Shown here: positions 43,085 to 50,903 of the stretch, piece after piece
Numbering within the stretch: the first letter of the stretch is position 1
Layout: every line of letters begins with the position of its first letter
From: a virus
Taxonomy: Duplodnaviria > Heunggongvirae > Uroviricota > Caudoviricetes
Strand: one strand, 5' to 3'
IMG/VR virus record: IMGVR_UViG_3300046002_003930
Span: 1-64,000 of that record
Length of the DNA: 64,000 bases
Program-made: the position numbers and the translations under genes
The notes under the pieces: generated by a model
Databases searched by the model: none
What the model was told of the DNA's origin: nothing
What the model saw: the letters and a program-made list of their open reading frames with translations, nothing else

Positions 43085-43140
43085 GTAGCGAGAAGCAATG
43101 CATCTGTGTTGGGCTCAATTCCCATCGAGTCCACCAATTA
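43085..43140 (+). other. short tRNA-like element B (T-arm TGGG-CTCAATT-CCCA, 3' end ...CGAGTCCACCAATT)
   Basis: Paralogous to element A; 5' parts both begin (A)GTAGC. Confidence 0.3.
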
Positions 43141-43141
43141 A

Positions 43142-43212
43142 GTTCCCAGCCGAGGATGGAGCATAGGCCTTCGAAGCCTGTTGACTAGTTTCGATTGCTA
43201 GTGGGAACGCCA
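43142..43212 (+). tRNA. tRNA-Arg (anticodon TCG), compact
   Basis: Acceptor GTTCCCA/TGGGAAC, anticodon stem TAGGC/GCCTG loop CTTCGAA, T-arm CTAG-TTTCGATTG-CTAG, CCA. Confidence 0.5.
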
Positions 43213-43229
43213 TTTTAATAAGGAAAATA

Positions 43230-43424
43230 ATGACAAGTACTGTAACAATCACAGCCCATCCCGCGCACGCAAATGATGGAACCCCTCTTATCGTAGAAGT
43301 GCTAGAGTTCGATGGCACTAATTGTATTAAAGAGACTTATCTAAAATCTGGCGGCAACTACAGCTGTGCTGTTTGGGAAGGTCGTTCAGTATCCATCGAA
43401 GAGGTTAAAGATGACCGCTCGTGA
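43230..43424 (+). CDS. hypothetical protein
   Basis: RBS AAGGAAAATA then ATG. Confidence 0.45.
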   Translation: MTSTVTITAHPAHANDGTPLIVEVLEFDGTNCIKETYLKSGGNYSCAVWEGRSVSIEEVKDDRS

Positions 43425-43617
43425 GTTTTGCTACTGGCTACAAGGAATGTTCGAGCTAAATGGTGCTCCATCACTTGATGAACGTCAGACGAAAATGATT
43501 AAAAATCATCTTGATATGGTTTTTATTCACGATATTGACCCCTCTTATCCAGAGGGTGATAAACTAAATAAGGCACATTACGAGGGCTTAGAAAAGCCAA
43601 TGTTAATGCGCTGCTAA
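43411..43617 (+). CDS. hypothetical protein
   Basis: RBS GAGGTTAAAG then ATG 43411 (MTAREFCYWLQ...). Confidence 0.45.
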   Translation: MTAREFCYWLQGMFELNGAPSLDERQTKMIKNHLDMVFIHDIDPSYPEGDKLNKAHYEGLEKPMLMRC

Positions 43618-43619
43618 CA

Positions 43620-45020
43620 GGATTTGGCAGTATAGTGTCAATAAGGATAAGCACAGTAATGTGCCTAAAGGAAGAATTTCTACATACTTCCGCTAGAAAT
43701 AGTCCATCTATAAAAGCTTAGCTTAGGCCACCCGGAGTTGTCCGTAGGTTGCCCCATCTTCCAAGGTGGTGTATAGTAAGTCGAGTAATTTGCCCGGAAA
43801 CGGATAGGACAGAGCCAATCGGTGAGTCTAATGGAAGTAGCATTTCAGTGAATTCAGCTAAATCGGCGAATATAGAATAGCAATAAGTAGTTATATAGTT
43901 CGATCACGCAAGAAAGAGCATATGGCAGTATAAGCGAAGAAGGTGTAATAGCCCCAACCGTAAAGTACAGTTGAGTAGTCCGCAAGACGAAAGACAGGAG
44001 GTGTGTTGTATATTGTATCTAACAAGATATGAAGCAACAGAAGTAGCACATCTCGGTAGATTCGCAAATTGCAGAAATGGTAAATGCAACAGTTTTAGAT
44101 ACTGTAGATTCTAGGTTCGATCCCTAGTTTGTATAACAAAAGCGAAAGACTACTTCAGTATATTACGAAAGATGCTTAATACCTCACTTATGAATGGGGT
44201 CTTTGATAGCTCGCAAGGCTTGAGAAGTTGCTTGGATAGAGATCGTAAGGGTTTAGCGGCCCTGAACTGCCGGGAGGTAGGCGAAGGATAGAACGGCGAG
44301 TAGTAATGTATGATAGGTCAAAAGCCAGACCTTATAAACGGCAGCATTGAGAGATACTAGATAATTCTAGTGGATAACGGATTAACGTTCGCCCGCAAGC
44401 GAAACGGTACGGTTCAAAGGCTCTCACTAAACGGTGTAATCTCAGCCCGTTTGAAACTGCATAGATAATCTCAAAAGGGCTTATCTATTCAGTTTATATG
44501 AGTTAGGTCGATCAGGGATGACAGCAGCCTCCAAAACTGCCGAGGAGAGTTCGAGTCTCTCAACTCATGCCAATTAACTTAGGCAAGGAAAGTCAGGACG
44601 CTGAGCGGCGTAATTAACCGTAAACGGAGGATGGGCAAGTCTACTCCCGGCAAGGGACGAGGGCCAGATACCCCACCGGCCTAAGTTACAAAATTCGCAG
44701 AAGTACCGAACGCGGGAGGCATCTAGGGTCAGTGAGACGGCCCTAGGGAAAGCTGCCAGTAGGTCCGGAGATTAATTCTCACCTTGCTCTGGCTGCGATA
44801 CTTATTTACTCAACTACCTTGCAGCTGCGGGTCGCAATGTTGAGAACGTCGGGGCAAAACGTAAACCCTTACACCAATTCGCTTCGGGTTACCGACTAGA
44901 TTATAGGCAGGACCAAGCTTTACGTAAGCACCCTATAATAGCATTCGTTCCTGAACGTAAATCAGGTGGTGGAGCTGCCGGAAGGCGGCCTAGCGTCCCC
45001 GCGCTATATCGGGGCAAGTT
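43620..45020 (+). other. about 1.4-kb ORF-free tract inside the tRNA cluster (purine-rich first half, GC-rich second half) with dispersed T-arm-like motifs
   Basis: No plus-strand ORF of 60 aa or more; contains GGTTCGATCCCTAG (44108) and tRNA-Trp; repeated AGTCAGGAC(A/G)GCT motif at 44596 and 45037. Confidence 0.3.
44498..44572 (+). tRNA. tRNA-Trp (anticodon CCA)
   Basis: Acceptor ATGAGTT/AACTCAT, D-arm GTCG-ATCAGGGA-TGAC, loop CTCCAAA, T-arm GAGAG-TTCGAGT-CTCTC, CCA. Confidence 0.6.
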
Positions 45021-45022
45021 TA

Positions 45023-45101
45023 TGCGGAGTGGAGCAGTCAGGACAGCTCGTTTGGCTCATAACCAAAAGGTCGATGGTTCGAATCCATCCTCTCGCACCC
45101 A
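45023..45101 (+). tRNA. tRNA-Met-like (anticodon CAT) with a bulged U in the acceptor 3' strand
   Basis: Acceptor TGCGGAG / CTC(T)CGCA, D-arm GAGC-AGTCAGGACA-GCTC, anticodon stem TTTGG/CCAAA loop CTCATAA, T-arm GATGG-TTCGAAT-CCATC, CCA. Confidence 0.45.
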
Positions 45102-45136
45102 ATCAGAGCAATAACGCTCAACTCATAGGTTACACC

Positions 45137-45595
45137 ATGAAGTACGAAAAAGCAATTGAAGCAATCTTGAAGTCTGCCTCAGACAGCACTGTCTATGTTG
45201 GCTGTGACTCTGTGCGTTTCAAAAAGAACGGTAAGTGGTTTGCAAGATATGCAACCGTTGTTGTTCTACACCACGCTACTCGCAATGGTGGCTCTATCTT
45301 CTCTCATGTTGAAGTTCAACCGGACTACGGTAATATCAAGATGCGAATGATGATGGAAGCCGGATACGCTGTTGAAGCCGCACTTGAAGTTGTGGACTGG
45401 CTTGAAGGTCGGACTATGGAAATTCACCTGGACATTAATCCTAACCCAAAACATAAGTCAAACGTTGCTCTTAAAGAAGCACTTGGCTATGTTCTTGGAA
45501 ATACTGGTATTCAAGCTAAACACAAGCCAGATGCTTGGGCAGCATCACACGCTTCCGATCACTGTGCTAGGCTGAAGCCACTAGTACACGCATAA
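45137..45595 (+). CDS. hypothetical protein (possible RNase H-like fold; weak)
   Basis: ATG 45137 just after the tRNA; ORF-track start 44966 would overlap the tRNA. Confidence 0.4.
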   Translation: MKYEKAIEAILKSASDSTVYVGCDSVRFKKNGKWFARYATVVVLHHATRNGGSIFSHVEVQPDYGNIKMRMMMEAGYAVEAALEVVDWLEGRTMEIHLDINPNPKHKSNVALKEALGYVLGNTGIQAKHKPDAWAASHASDHCARLKPLVHA

Positions 45596-45596
45596 C

Positions 45597-45679
45597 GCAT
45601 CAGTAGCCGACGGGGATTACGAATCTCTGACACGTAACTGGACCTGAAAATGCTGGTTCGACTCCAGCCTGATGCGCCA
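45597..45679 (+). tRNA. tRNA, 80-nt body, anticodon arm unresolved
   Basis: Acceptor GCATCAG/CTGATGC, T-arm GCTGG-TTCGACT-CCAGC, discriminator G, CCA; interior does not fold into a canonical D/anticodon arrangement by eye. Confidence 0.45.
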
Positions 45680-45683
45680 CTTT

Positions 45684-45758
45684 GTCCCTGTCGTTCAATG
45701 AATAGGACCTGTGACTTCTAATCACAAGATGAGGGTTTGATTCCTTCCAGGGACGCCA
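45684..45758 (+). tRNA. tRNA-Arg (anticodon TCT)
   Basis: Acceptor GTCCCTG/CAGGGAC, anticodon stem TGTGA/TCACA loop CTTCTAA, T-arm GAGGG-TTTGATT-CCTTC, CCA. Confidence 0.65.
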
Positions 45759-45759
45759 T

Positions 45760-45854
45760 ACTAGTATAGCTTAATGGTTAGAGCGAGGAGCTTATACCTT
45801 CTGTATGCAGCGGATTACTGCGCGATCTCGGTTCGAGTCCGGGTACTAGTACCA
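45760..45854 (+). tRNA. tRNA with anticodon TAT (Ile/AUA-reading) and long extra arm
   Basis: Acceptor ACTAGTA/TACTAGT, D-arm GCTT-AATGGTTA-GAGC, anticodon stem AGGAG/CTTCT loop CTTATAC, extra arm GCAG-CGGATTA-CTGC, T-arm CTCGG-TTCGAGT-CCGGG, CCA. Confidence 0.5.
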
Positions 45855-45855
45855 T

Positions 45856-45932
45856 GCTCTCGTCGCCAAGCGGTCCAAGGCCGTCGGCTCATAACCGATT
45901 TATCGTAAGTTCGAATCTTACCGGGAGCACCA
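45856..45932 (+). tRNA. tRNA-Met (anticodon CAT)
   Basis: Acceptor GCTCTCG/CGGGAGC, anticodon stem TCGG/CCGA loop CTCATAA, T-arm GTAAG-TTCGAAT-CTTAC, CCA. Confidence 0.65.
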
Positions 45933-46224
45933 TTTTGGTCAGTTATAGATACCTACAACAGCACGTTGATGAGGTTTTCCGTGTTAAACATGGAAGTAAG
46001 CACGTGAACCACAAGTGTCCAACTTGTAAGCGTTCTGTGCACTTTTTTGAAGATACTATAGCTGATAATGTTAACGGCGTGCTTTCGCGTCATGTATGCA
46101 ATATGAAAGGCCGTTTTAATGAACTCCAACGACGATGATTGGCAGCCACCACAATGGCCACTCTGGGGAATCATTCTCCTAGTTCTGTTTGGTGCAATTA
46201 CTACGTGTACAAATCAAATTTTTG

Positions 46225-46314
46225 GGTGAGCGGGCAGGATGGTAATGCAACGCACTGCTAATGCGTAGAACCCGTTAAACGGTTCACAGGGTTCGACTCC
46301 CTGGCTCACCGCCA
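46225..46314 (+). tRNA. tRNA-Ser (anticodon GCT), class II
   Basis: Acceptor GGTGAGC/GCTCACC, anticodon stem ACGCA/TGCGT loop CTGCTAA, variable arm AACCG-TTAA-ACGGTT, T-arm CAGGG-TTCGACT-CCCTG, CCA. Confidence 0.7.
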
Positions 46315-46332
46315 TTTTAAGTAAGGAATGTA

Positions 46333-46587
46333 ATGACAACTGTTATCTCTGCTATCGCAACACTTGAAGAACAATCACGCGCTGAAACCGCAATGGAAAT
46401 TGCTAAACGCGTAATTACCATGAGAGAAAAATTCGCATCAATTAGCGTTACGCAAGCTGAATTAGATAAAAGGTTAATGGCTGCAACAAGCGTAGATATT
46501 AACGATTCTGACGCTGTTTATAATATTCTTCGAGACACTAGGGATTTTTCTTCGGAAAATTATATGACGTATCATCGTCCACGTTAA
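46333..46587 (+). CDS. hypothetical protein
   Basis: RBS AAGGAATGTA then ATG. Confidence 0.45.
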   Translation: MTTVISAIATLEEQSRAETAMEIAKRVITMREKFASISVTQAELDKRLMAATSVDINDSDAVYNILRDTRDFSSENYMTYHRPR

Positions 46588-46588
46588 T

Positions 46589-46664
46589 GCGGATATAGTT
46601 CTAGTGGTAAAACAAGGCGTTGCCAACGCTTAGTCCCCAGTTCGAGCCTGGGTGTCCGCGCCAC
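46589..46664 (+). tRNA. tRNA-Gly (anticodon GCC)
   Basis: Acceptor GCGGATA/TGTCCGC, loop TTGCCAA, T-arm CCCAG-TTCGAGC-CTGGG, CCA. Confidence 0.7.
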
Positions 46665-46673
46665 GGAGATAAA

Positions 46674-46832
46674 ATGAAAGACACACATCCAAATGACAGA
46701 ACCGACTGGGTAGTACAACGTAAGTTGTTTCTATTTACATTTGAGAAGTCTTTCGACACAGAGTCACAAGCGCGTAAATGGATGCGTAACGGCGATAAAA
46801 TATATAAGGTAACTAATGAAACATATCACTGA
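46674..46832 (+). CDS. hypothetical small protein
   Basis: RBS GGAGATAAA then ATG 46674; 52 aa. Confidence 0.35.
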   Translation: MKDTHPNDRTDWVVQRKLFLFTFEKSFDTESQARKWMRNGDKIYKVTNETYH

Positions 46833-46955
46833 CTCACAATTCAACCAGATGGTTGCCCCTGCAGGTAAACGTTTAAGCGGACCCGGTACCCGCAGTAAGA
46901 ACCCTGCTAGATACGATGCTAATAAGCATCTCTCTAAGAACGCTAAATAAAAATT

Positions 46956-47030
46956 GCGTGTGTAGTGCTAAAGGTAACACACTTGGCTTCCAACCAAGAA
47001 TTGAGAGTTCGATTCTCTCCACCCGCGCCA
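46956..47030 (+). tRNA. tRNA-Gly (anticodon TCC)
   Basis: Acceptor GCGTGTG/CACCCGC, anticodon stem CTTGG/CCAAG loop CTTCCAA, T-arm GAGAG-TTCGATT-CTCTC, CCA. Confidence 0.65.
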
Positions 47031-47039
47031 TAAAACGAA

Positions 47040-47187
47040 GTATCGACAAGATTCCCGTAGTTTAATCACTAAAACAGGCACCCCTTGTGGGAGCCAAGCT
47101 CCCGGTAGGGCAAAGTCCGGGCGGGCTAAAAAAGAATGCGTGATACAGTGCCAACAGAAGCCCACACAGAAATGTGTGGGCATTTTC
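47040..47187 (+). ncRNA. structured non-coding segment ending in an intrinsic terminator (small RNA candidate)
   Basis: Nested stems CCCGG...CCGGG and AGCC...GGCT, then GCCCACACA-GAAA-TGTGTGGGC followed by ATTTTCT. Confidence 0.3.
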
Positions 47188-47293
47188 TATTGTGGCGCCG
47201 ACTCACCATTTTTAGTACTAAATATACCGCACGCGAATATGTGTCTTGACTTTCGTGCTTAATTCTCATATTATGTTATCTAAGGAGAAGATT

Positions 47294-47476
47294 ATGTTAC
47301 TTAGTAAAACACAAAAAATTTACCTTATTAATCGTGAAAAGACTTTAATCGAGATCATCGCTAGTAAGCCCGCTAAAGGCTTTCTTAGCTATCAAATAGA
47401 ACTTGAGCTAGTGCGATTGCTGGGTGATCTTCACCTAGTTGAAGTTAAAGCAGCCAATGCACAAAAAAGTTCTTGA
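47294..47476 (+). CDS. hypothetical protein
   Basis: Promoter TGTCTTGACTTTCGTGCTTAATTCTCATATTATG; RBS AAGGAGAAG then ATG 47294. Confidence 0.45.
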   Translation: MLLSKTQKIYLINREKTLIEIIASKPAKGFLSYQIELELVRLLGDLHLVEVKAANAQKSS

Positions 47477-47532
47477 CTTTTAGCACTTAATATTCTATAA
47501 TACTTATTCAATCAATTTCAAAGGAACTACAC

Positions 47533-47895
47533 ATGGCCGAATGGACCGACGCACTAAAACAAACCGCAATTGACCTGTATCTTAAAGGCGAGCCTACTCC
47601 AGAAAACAGTATGGAAGTCGTAAAAGAAGTTGCTGACGCTATGGACCAATCTCCAAATGGCGTTCGCATGATTCTTTCCAAGGCTGGCGTTTACGTCAAG
47701 AAAGAAGCAGCTTCGGGCGCGAAGAAAGCAACTTCCTCAACTGCAAGCACGAGCACTCGTGTTAGCAAAGAAGATGCTCACGCACAACTTGTTGCCGCGA
47801 TCGAAAGCCGCGGCGCAACCGTAGACATGGAAATCGTGTCGAAGCTGACTGGTAAGGCCGCGATTTATCTCGCCGGTGTTCTAGGAGCTGAATAA
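47533..47895 (+). CDS. small protein, paralog family member 4
   Basis: Promoter AAAAAGTTCTTGACTTTTAGCACTTAATATTCTATAATAC; EVVKEVADAMDQSPNGVRMILSKAGVY module. Confidence 0.5.
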   Translation: MAEWTDALKQTAIDLYLKGEPTPENSMEVVKEVADAMDQSPNGVRMILSKAGVYVKKEAASGAKKATSSTASTSTRVSKEDAHAQLVAAIESRGATVDMEIVSKLTGKAAIYLAGVLGAE

Positions 47896-47903
47896 TTAGC
47901 TAA

Positions 47904-47930
47904 ACCCGGGAAGTTATCTTCCCGGGTTTT
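47904..47930 (+). terminator. rho-independent terminator
   Basis: CCCGGGAAG-TTAT-CTTCCCGGG followed by TTTT. Confidence 0.7.
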
Positions 47931-47971
47931 AGTCGTGTAAAGCTAAGCCAGCCTGCCGCGACTGGAGTTAA

Positions 47972-48238
47972 ATGAGAAAAGAAGACTTACGAGAATTAAT
48001 AGATACTTATGGCGAAGCTATAATTACCTATAGAAGTCAAGAGTCAAAGAAGATTAAGTACAATGTATGTACATTAGACTTCTCCAACGCTTACATTAGT
48101 ACAAAACAAAACAGAGCTGAAGAAACTGAAGATACACTATTAGTCTTCTGCTGGGACGTTGACGCATATCGCCTTCTAAAGGCAAATAGCGTAACTTCTG
48201 TAGCACCACTAGCAAAAGCTCTAAAAGAGCCAGAGTAA
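47972..48238 (+). CDS. hypothetical protein
   Basis: 88-aa ORF. Confidence 0.45.
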   Translation: MRKEDLRELIDTYGEAIITYRSQESKKIKYNVCTLDFSNAYISTKQNRAEETEDTLLVFCWDVDAYRLLKANSVTSVAPLAKALKEPE

Positions 48239-48516
48239 TGGCGGATATCTATTACAGGGTGATTCACGAAACCCCTGATAAGCAAATACGTTTAGTAATA
48301 AACGAGTTTCGTGAAGTAGAATATCTACATGTTCGAGAATATTATCTCGATTTTGACGAAATTTGGCAAGCATCTAATAAAGGGGTATCAATGCCGCTTT
48401 CATTAGAAAATAGTAAGGAACTATTTGCCGGACTTCTTGAGATTCTATCTCTTGCTGAAAGTAAAGAACTAATCCTAGAAACATTCAAAGAACTTATTGA
48501 AGGCACATACGTTTGA
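48238..48516 (+). CDS. hypothetical protein
   Basis: 92-aa ORF. Confidence 0.45.
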   Translation: MADIYYRVIHETPDKQIRLVINEFREVEYLHVREYYLDFDEIWQASNKGVSMPLSLENSKELFAGLLEILSLAESKELILETFKELIEGTYV

Positions 48517-49436
48517 AAAACTTCCTAGATTATGCGAGCCAACGGTACTTCGCCGGAAATCCGATTATCTCGGACGACGAGTTCGATAAGCTAGCAGAAG
48601 CTCACTCGTACGAATATGTGGGGAGCCCTGTGCGTGACGGAGTTCCCCACTCCTATCCAATGTACTCACTTAAGAAGTGTTATGTTGGCGAAAAGCCGAT
48701 TGAACTAAACGGAGAGACAATCGAATCTCCTAAGATCGACGGAGCCGCAGTTGCCCTAACTTATGTTAACGGTAACTTCGTTCTAGGTCTGACTCGCGGT
48801 GATGGAAAACGCGGTCAAGATATTACAGAGAACATTCGGCATCTTGTACCACAGGCAGTAGGCACTCCTACTGCTTTAATCCAAATTACAGGAGAGGTAG
48901 CTGCTCCTAAGTCTATCCCTAATGCTCGTAATTATGCTGCTGGTGCTCTTAACTTAAAGAATCCCGTTGAAGTTCGCACTAGAGAGCTTAAGTTTATTGC
49001 TTATGGGCTTACTGATACTACGGAGTGGCTGAACTACGACGAGGATATGAGCTGGCTACGGTCACAAGGATTTGCTACAGTACTAGACTCTACTTGGGAA
49101 GACTACCCACAAGATGGCCGTGTATTTCGCCTTAACTCCAATGCAGCCTTCGCGGAAGCCGGATTCACCGCCTCTCACCCGCGAGGAGCTTACGCTCTTA
49201 AAGAGCGCTCTGAAGGGGTGATTACAACCCTATCCAATGTGGTATGGCAAGTTGGGCGAACCGGAGCAGTTAGTCCAGTAGCAATTCTAGAGCCTGTAAT
49301 GGTTGGAGACGCGCAAGTATCGCGAGCTACGCTGCATAATATGCGCTACATTGAAGAGCTTGGTCTCGAAATCGGATGCCAAGTCGAAATTATTAGATCG
49401 GGAGAAATTATTCCAAGAGTGGTACGTCGTGTATAA
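48513..49436 (+). CDS. ligA: NAD-dependent DNA ligase, N-terminal (adenylation plus OB) subunit, T5 LigA-like
   Basis: KxDG motif PKIDGAAV, PMYSLKK, and OB-fold region VSRATLHN typical of bacterial LigA; ends before the zinc-finger/HhH/BRCT part. Confidence 0.75.
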   Translation: MKNFLDYASQRYFAGNPIISDDEFDKLAEAHSYEYVGSPVRDGVPHSYPMYSLKKCYVGEKPIELNGETIESPKIDGAAVALTYVNGNFVLGLTRGDGKRGQDITENIRHLVPQAVGTPTALIQITGEVAAPKSIPNARNYAAGALNLKNPVEVRTRELKFIAYGLTDTTEWLNYDEDMSWLRSQGFATVLDSTWEDYPQDGRVFRLNSNAAFAEAGFTASHPRGAYALKERSEGVITTLSNVVWQVGRTGAVSPVAILEPVMVGDAQVSRATLHNMRYIEELGLEIGCQVEIIRSGEIIPRVVRRV

Positions 49437-49444
49437 GGAACATA

Positions 49445-50107
49445 ATGGGTGTTGCAATATCTCATGAGAAATATGAAGAAAAGCTTTTTGAAAAAGAAAT
49501 AGAATTCTTTCCTCTGGAAAGATATATTAATTCTTATACACATATTGAGCACATATGTTTGAATGATCATGTATGGAAGGCTAGGCCCGATAGCATATTA
49601 AATGGTCATGGTTGTCCACATTGTTTTGGTAATGCTAAGCTAACCGATGAAATGTTCAGAGCTAGGTTGCCAGACACTTTGAAAGCTTTGGAGCCTTATA
49701 AAGGTACTTCTCATAAAATTAAACATGAATGTTTAATTTGTAGCCATGTGTGGAAAGTAGAGCCTCATAGCACTATGCGCGGCCACGGATGCCCAAAATG
49801 TGCTAAATATGGACTTAGCCCAAATGAGCCGTGCTATTTGTATTTAGTATCATTTGAAAATGATGAGATATTATACTATAAATTAGGTATTTCTAAAAAT
49901 TCTGATTTATCTTATAGATATAAAGGTGATTGGAATAGATTTGCCATGAAAAAATTGTGGGACGTATATCTTCCTACAGGTGACATAGCTAAAGCTTTGG
50001 AACAGAGTTTATTATCTATGAACAGTAATTTTTTATTAAACACGGGACTACTTAAGTCCGGTAACACAGAAAGTTTATCTGTTTATATAGATAAACCTAC
50101 AATATAG
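49445..50107 (+). CDS. homing-endonuclease-like protein (tandem zinc ribbons plus T5orf172/GIY-YIG-like domain) inserted between ligA and ligB
   Basis: HGCPHCFG and HGCPKCAKYG zinc ribbons; YLYLVSFEN...YYKLGISKN; paralog of the minus-strand gene 13175-13846. Confidence 0.55.
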   Translation: MGVAISHEKYEEKLFEKEIEFFPLERYINSYTHIEHICLNDHVWKARPDSILNGHGCPHCFGNAKLTDEMFRARLPDTLKALEPYKGTSHKIKHECLICSHVWKVEPHSTMRGHGCPKCAKYGLSPNEPCYLYLVSFENDEILYYKLGISKNSDLSYRYKGDWNRFAMKKLWDVYLPTGDIAKALEQSLLSMNSNFLLNTGLLKSGNTESLSVYIDKPTI

Positions 50108-50222
50108 GGGAAAGTATGATATTTTGGGATTTCGACCCACGTAGATGGGTCCTAGGCATTGGCGTTGATTTTCGCGCTCAAGAAGCCTTCATCGAAGTTG
50201 GCCCATTCAGCGTTAATTATAG

Positions 50223-50588
50223 GTGGTGGAAATGGAACTAGCTATCCATATGTTCAGCACTAGTAAGTGTCCTAACTGCTTACCAGTTAAGCAGTCTCTA
50301 AATGTTTTAAAGGATAACTATCATAACCTAAACCTCAGCTTTACAGTAGTAGATAAAGAAGCTGATGGTATGGTAAAGGCACAAGAGTGGGGAATTAGTG
50401 CAGTTCCAACGCTTATTTTTATTGTAGATGCTACAGAAGTGTATCGTCAAGTTGGTGCGCTGCCAATGAGTGAGCTTGAAACCCATGTCAAAAGGTATTT
50501 ACAACCAGACGTACTTCAAGAATCATCCGGAGGAAGCGACGAAACCAGCCCTGCTCTATTGTGTGGTGTTGGTCAACAAAGCGACTGA
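50223..50588 (+). CDS. thioredoxin/glutaredoxin-fold protein (CPNC active site), long C-terminal tail overlapping next gene
   Basis: MFSTSKCPNCLPV...VPTLIFIVDATE thioredoxin-fold pattern. Confidence 0.5.
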   Translation: MVEMELAIHMFSTSKCPNCLPVKQSLNVLKDNYHNLNLSFTVVDKEADGMVKAQEWGISAVPTLIFIVDATEVYRQVGALPMSELETHVKRYLQPDVLQESSGGSDETSPALLCGVGQQSD

Positions 50589-50853
50589 CGAACGCGTATG
50601 CATAAAAATTGGTATTACTCAAGGAACCAGCTTTAAAGACGTTATAAAGCGTGCAGGCGGTTTCAAAGGTTATGAAGCTAGATTGCAAAAGCTAGTAAAA
50701 GGTACTCTAGAAGAAATATTTTATCTTGAAGACTACCTTCACGAACTCTGGGCACATAAGAAATATAAATCGCCGTGGGCATTTGGTGGTCATACCGAAT
50801 TATTTGAGTTAGACGACGAAATAATTAGAAGCATTCCTATAAAAAGTTCTTGA
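50470..50853 (+). CDS. GIY-YIG/T5orf172-like small endonuclease-domain protein (start uncertain, about 50470-50485)
   Basis: ALLYCVVLVNKATDERVCIKIGITQG...R; stop TGA inside the -35 of the ligB promoter. Confidence 0.45.
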   Translation: MSLKPMSKGIYNQTYFKNHPEEATKPALLYCVVLVNKATDERVCIKIGITQGTSFKDVIKRAGGFKGYEARLQKLVKGTLEEIFYLEDYLHELWAHKKYKSPWAFGGHTELFELDDEIIRSIPIKSS

Positions 50854-50878
50854 CTTCATGCCTCAACCCTGCTATTAT
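50850..50878 (+). promoter_or_regulatory. T5-type promoter (TTGACT-17-TATTAT) for ligB
   Basis: AAAAAGTTCTTGACTTCATGCCTCAACCCTGCTATTATACTT. Confidence 0.6.
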
Positions 50879-50903
50879 ACTTATATTGAATAAAGAGAAA
50901 TTA

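Noticed and set aside
44590-44640. GGAAAGTCAGGACGCTGAGCGG and, at 47118, GGGCAAAGTCCGGGCGGGCT resemble the RNase P RNA P4 5' strand (GGAAAGUCCGGGCU)
   Set aside because: No matching ACAGAA-CCGGCUUA 3' partner or other RNase P conserved regions could be found nearby; segments too short
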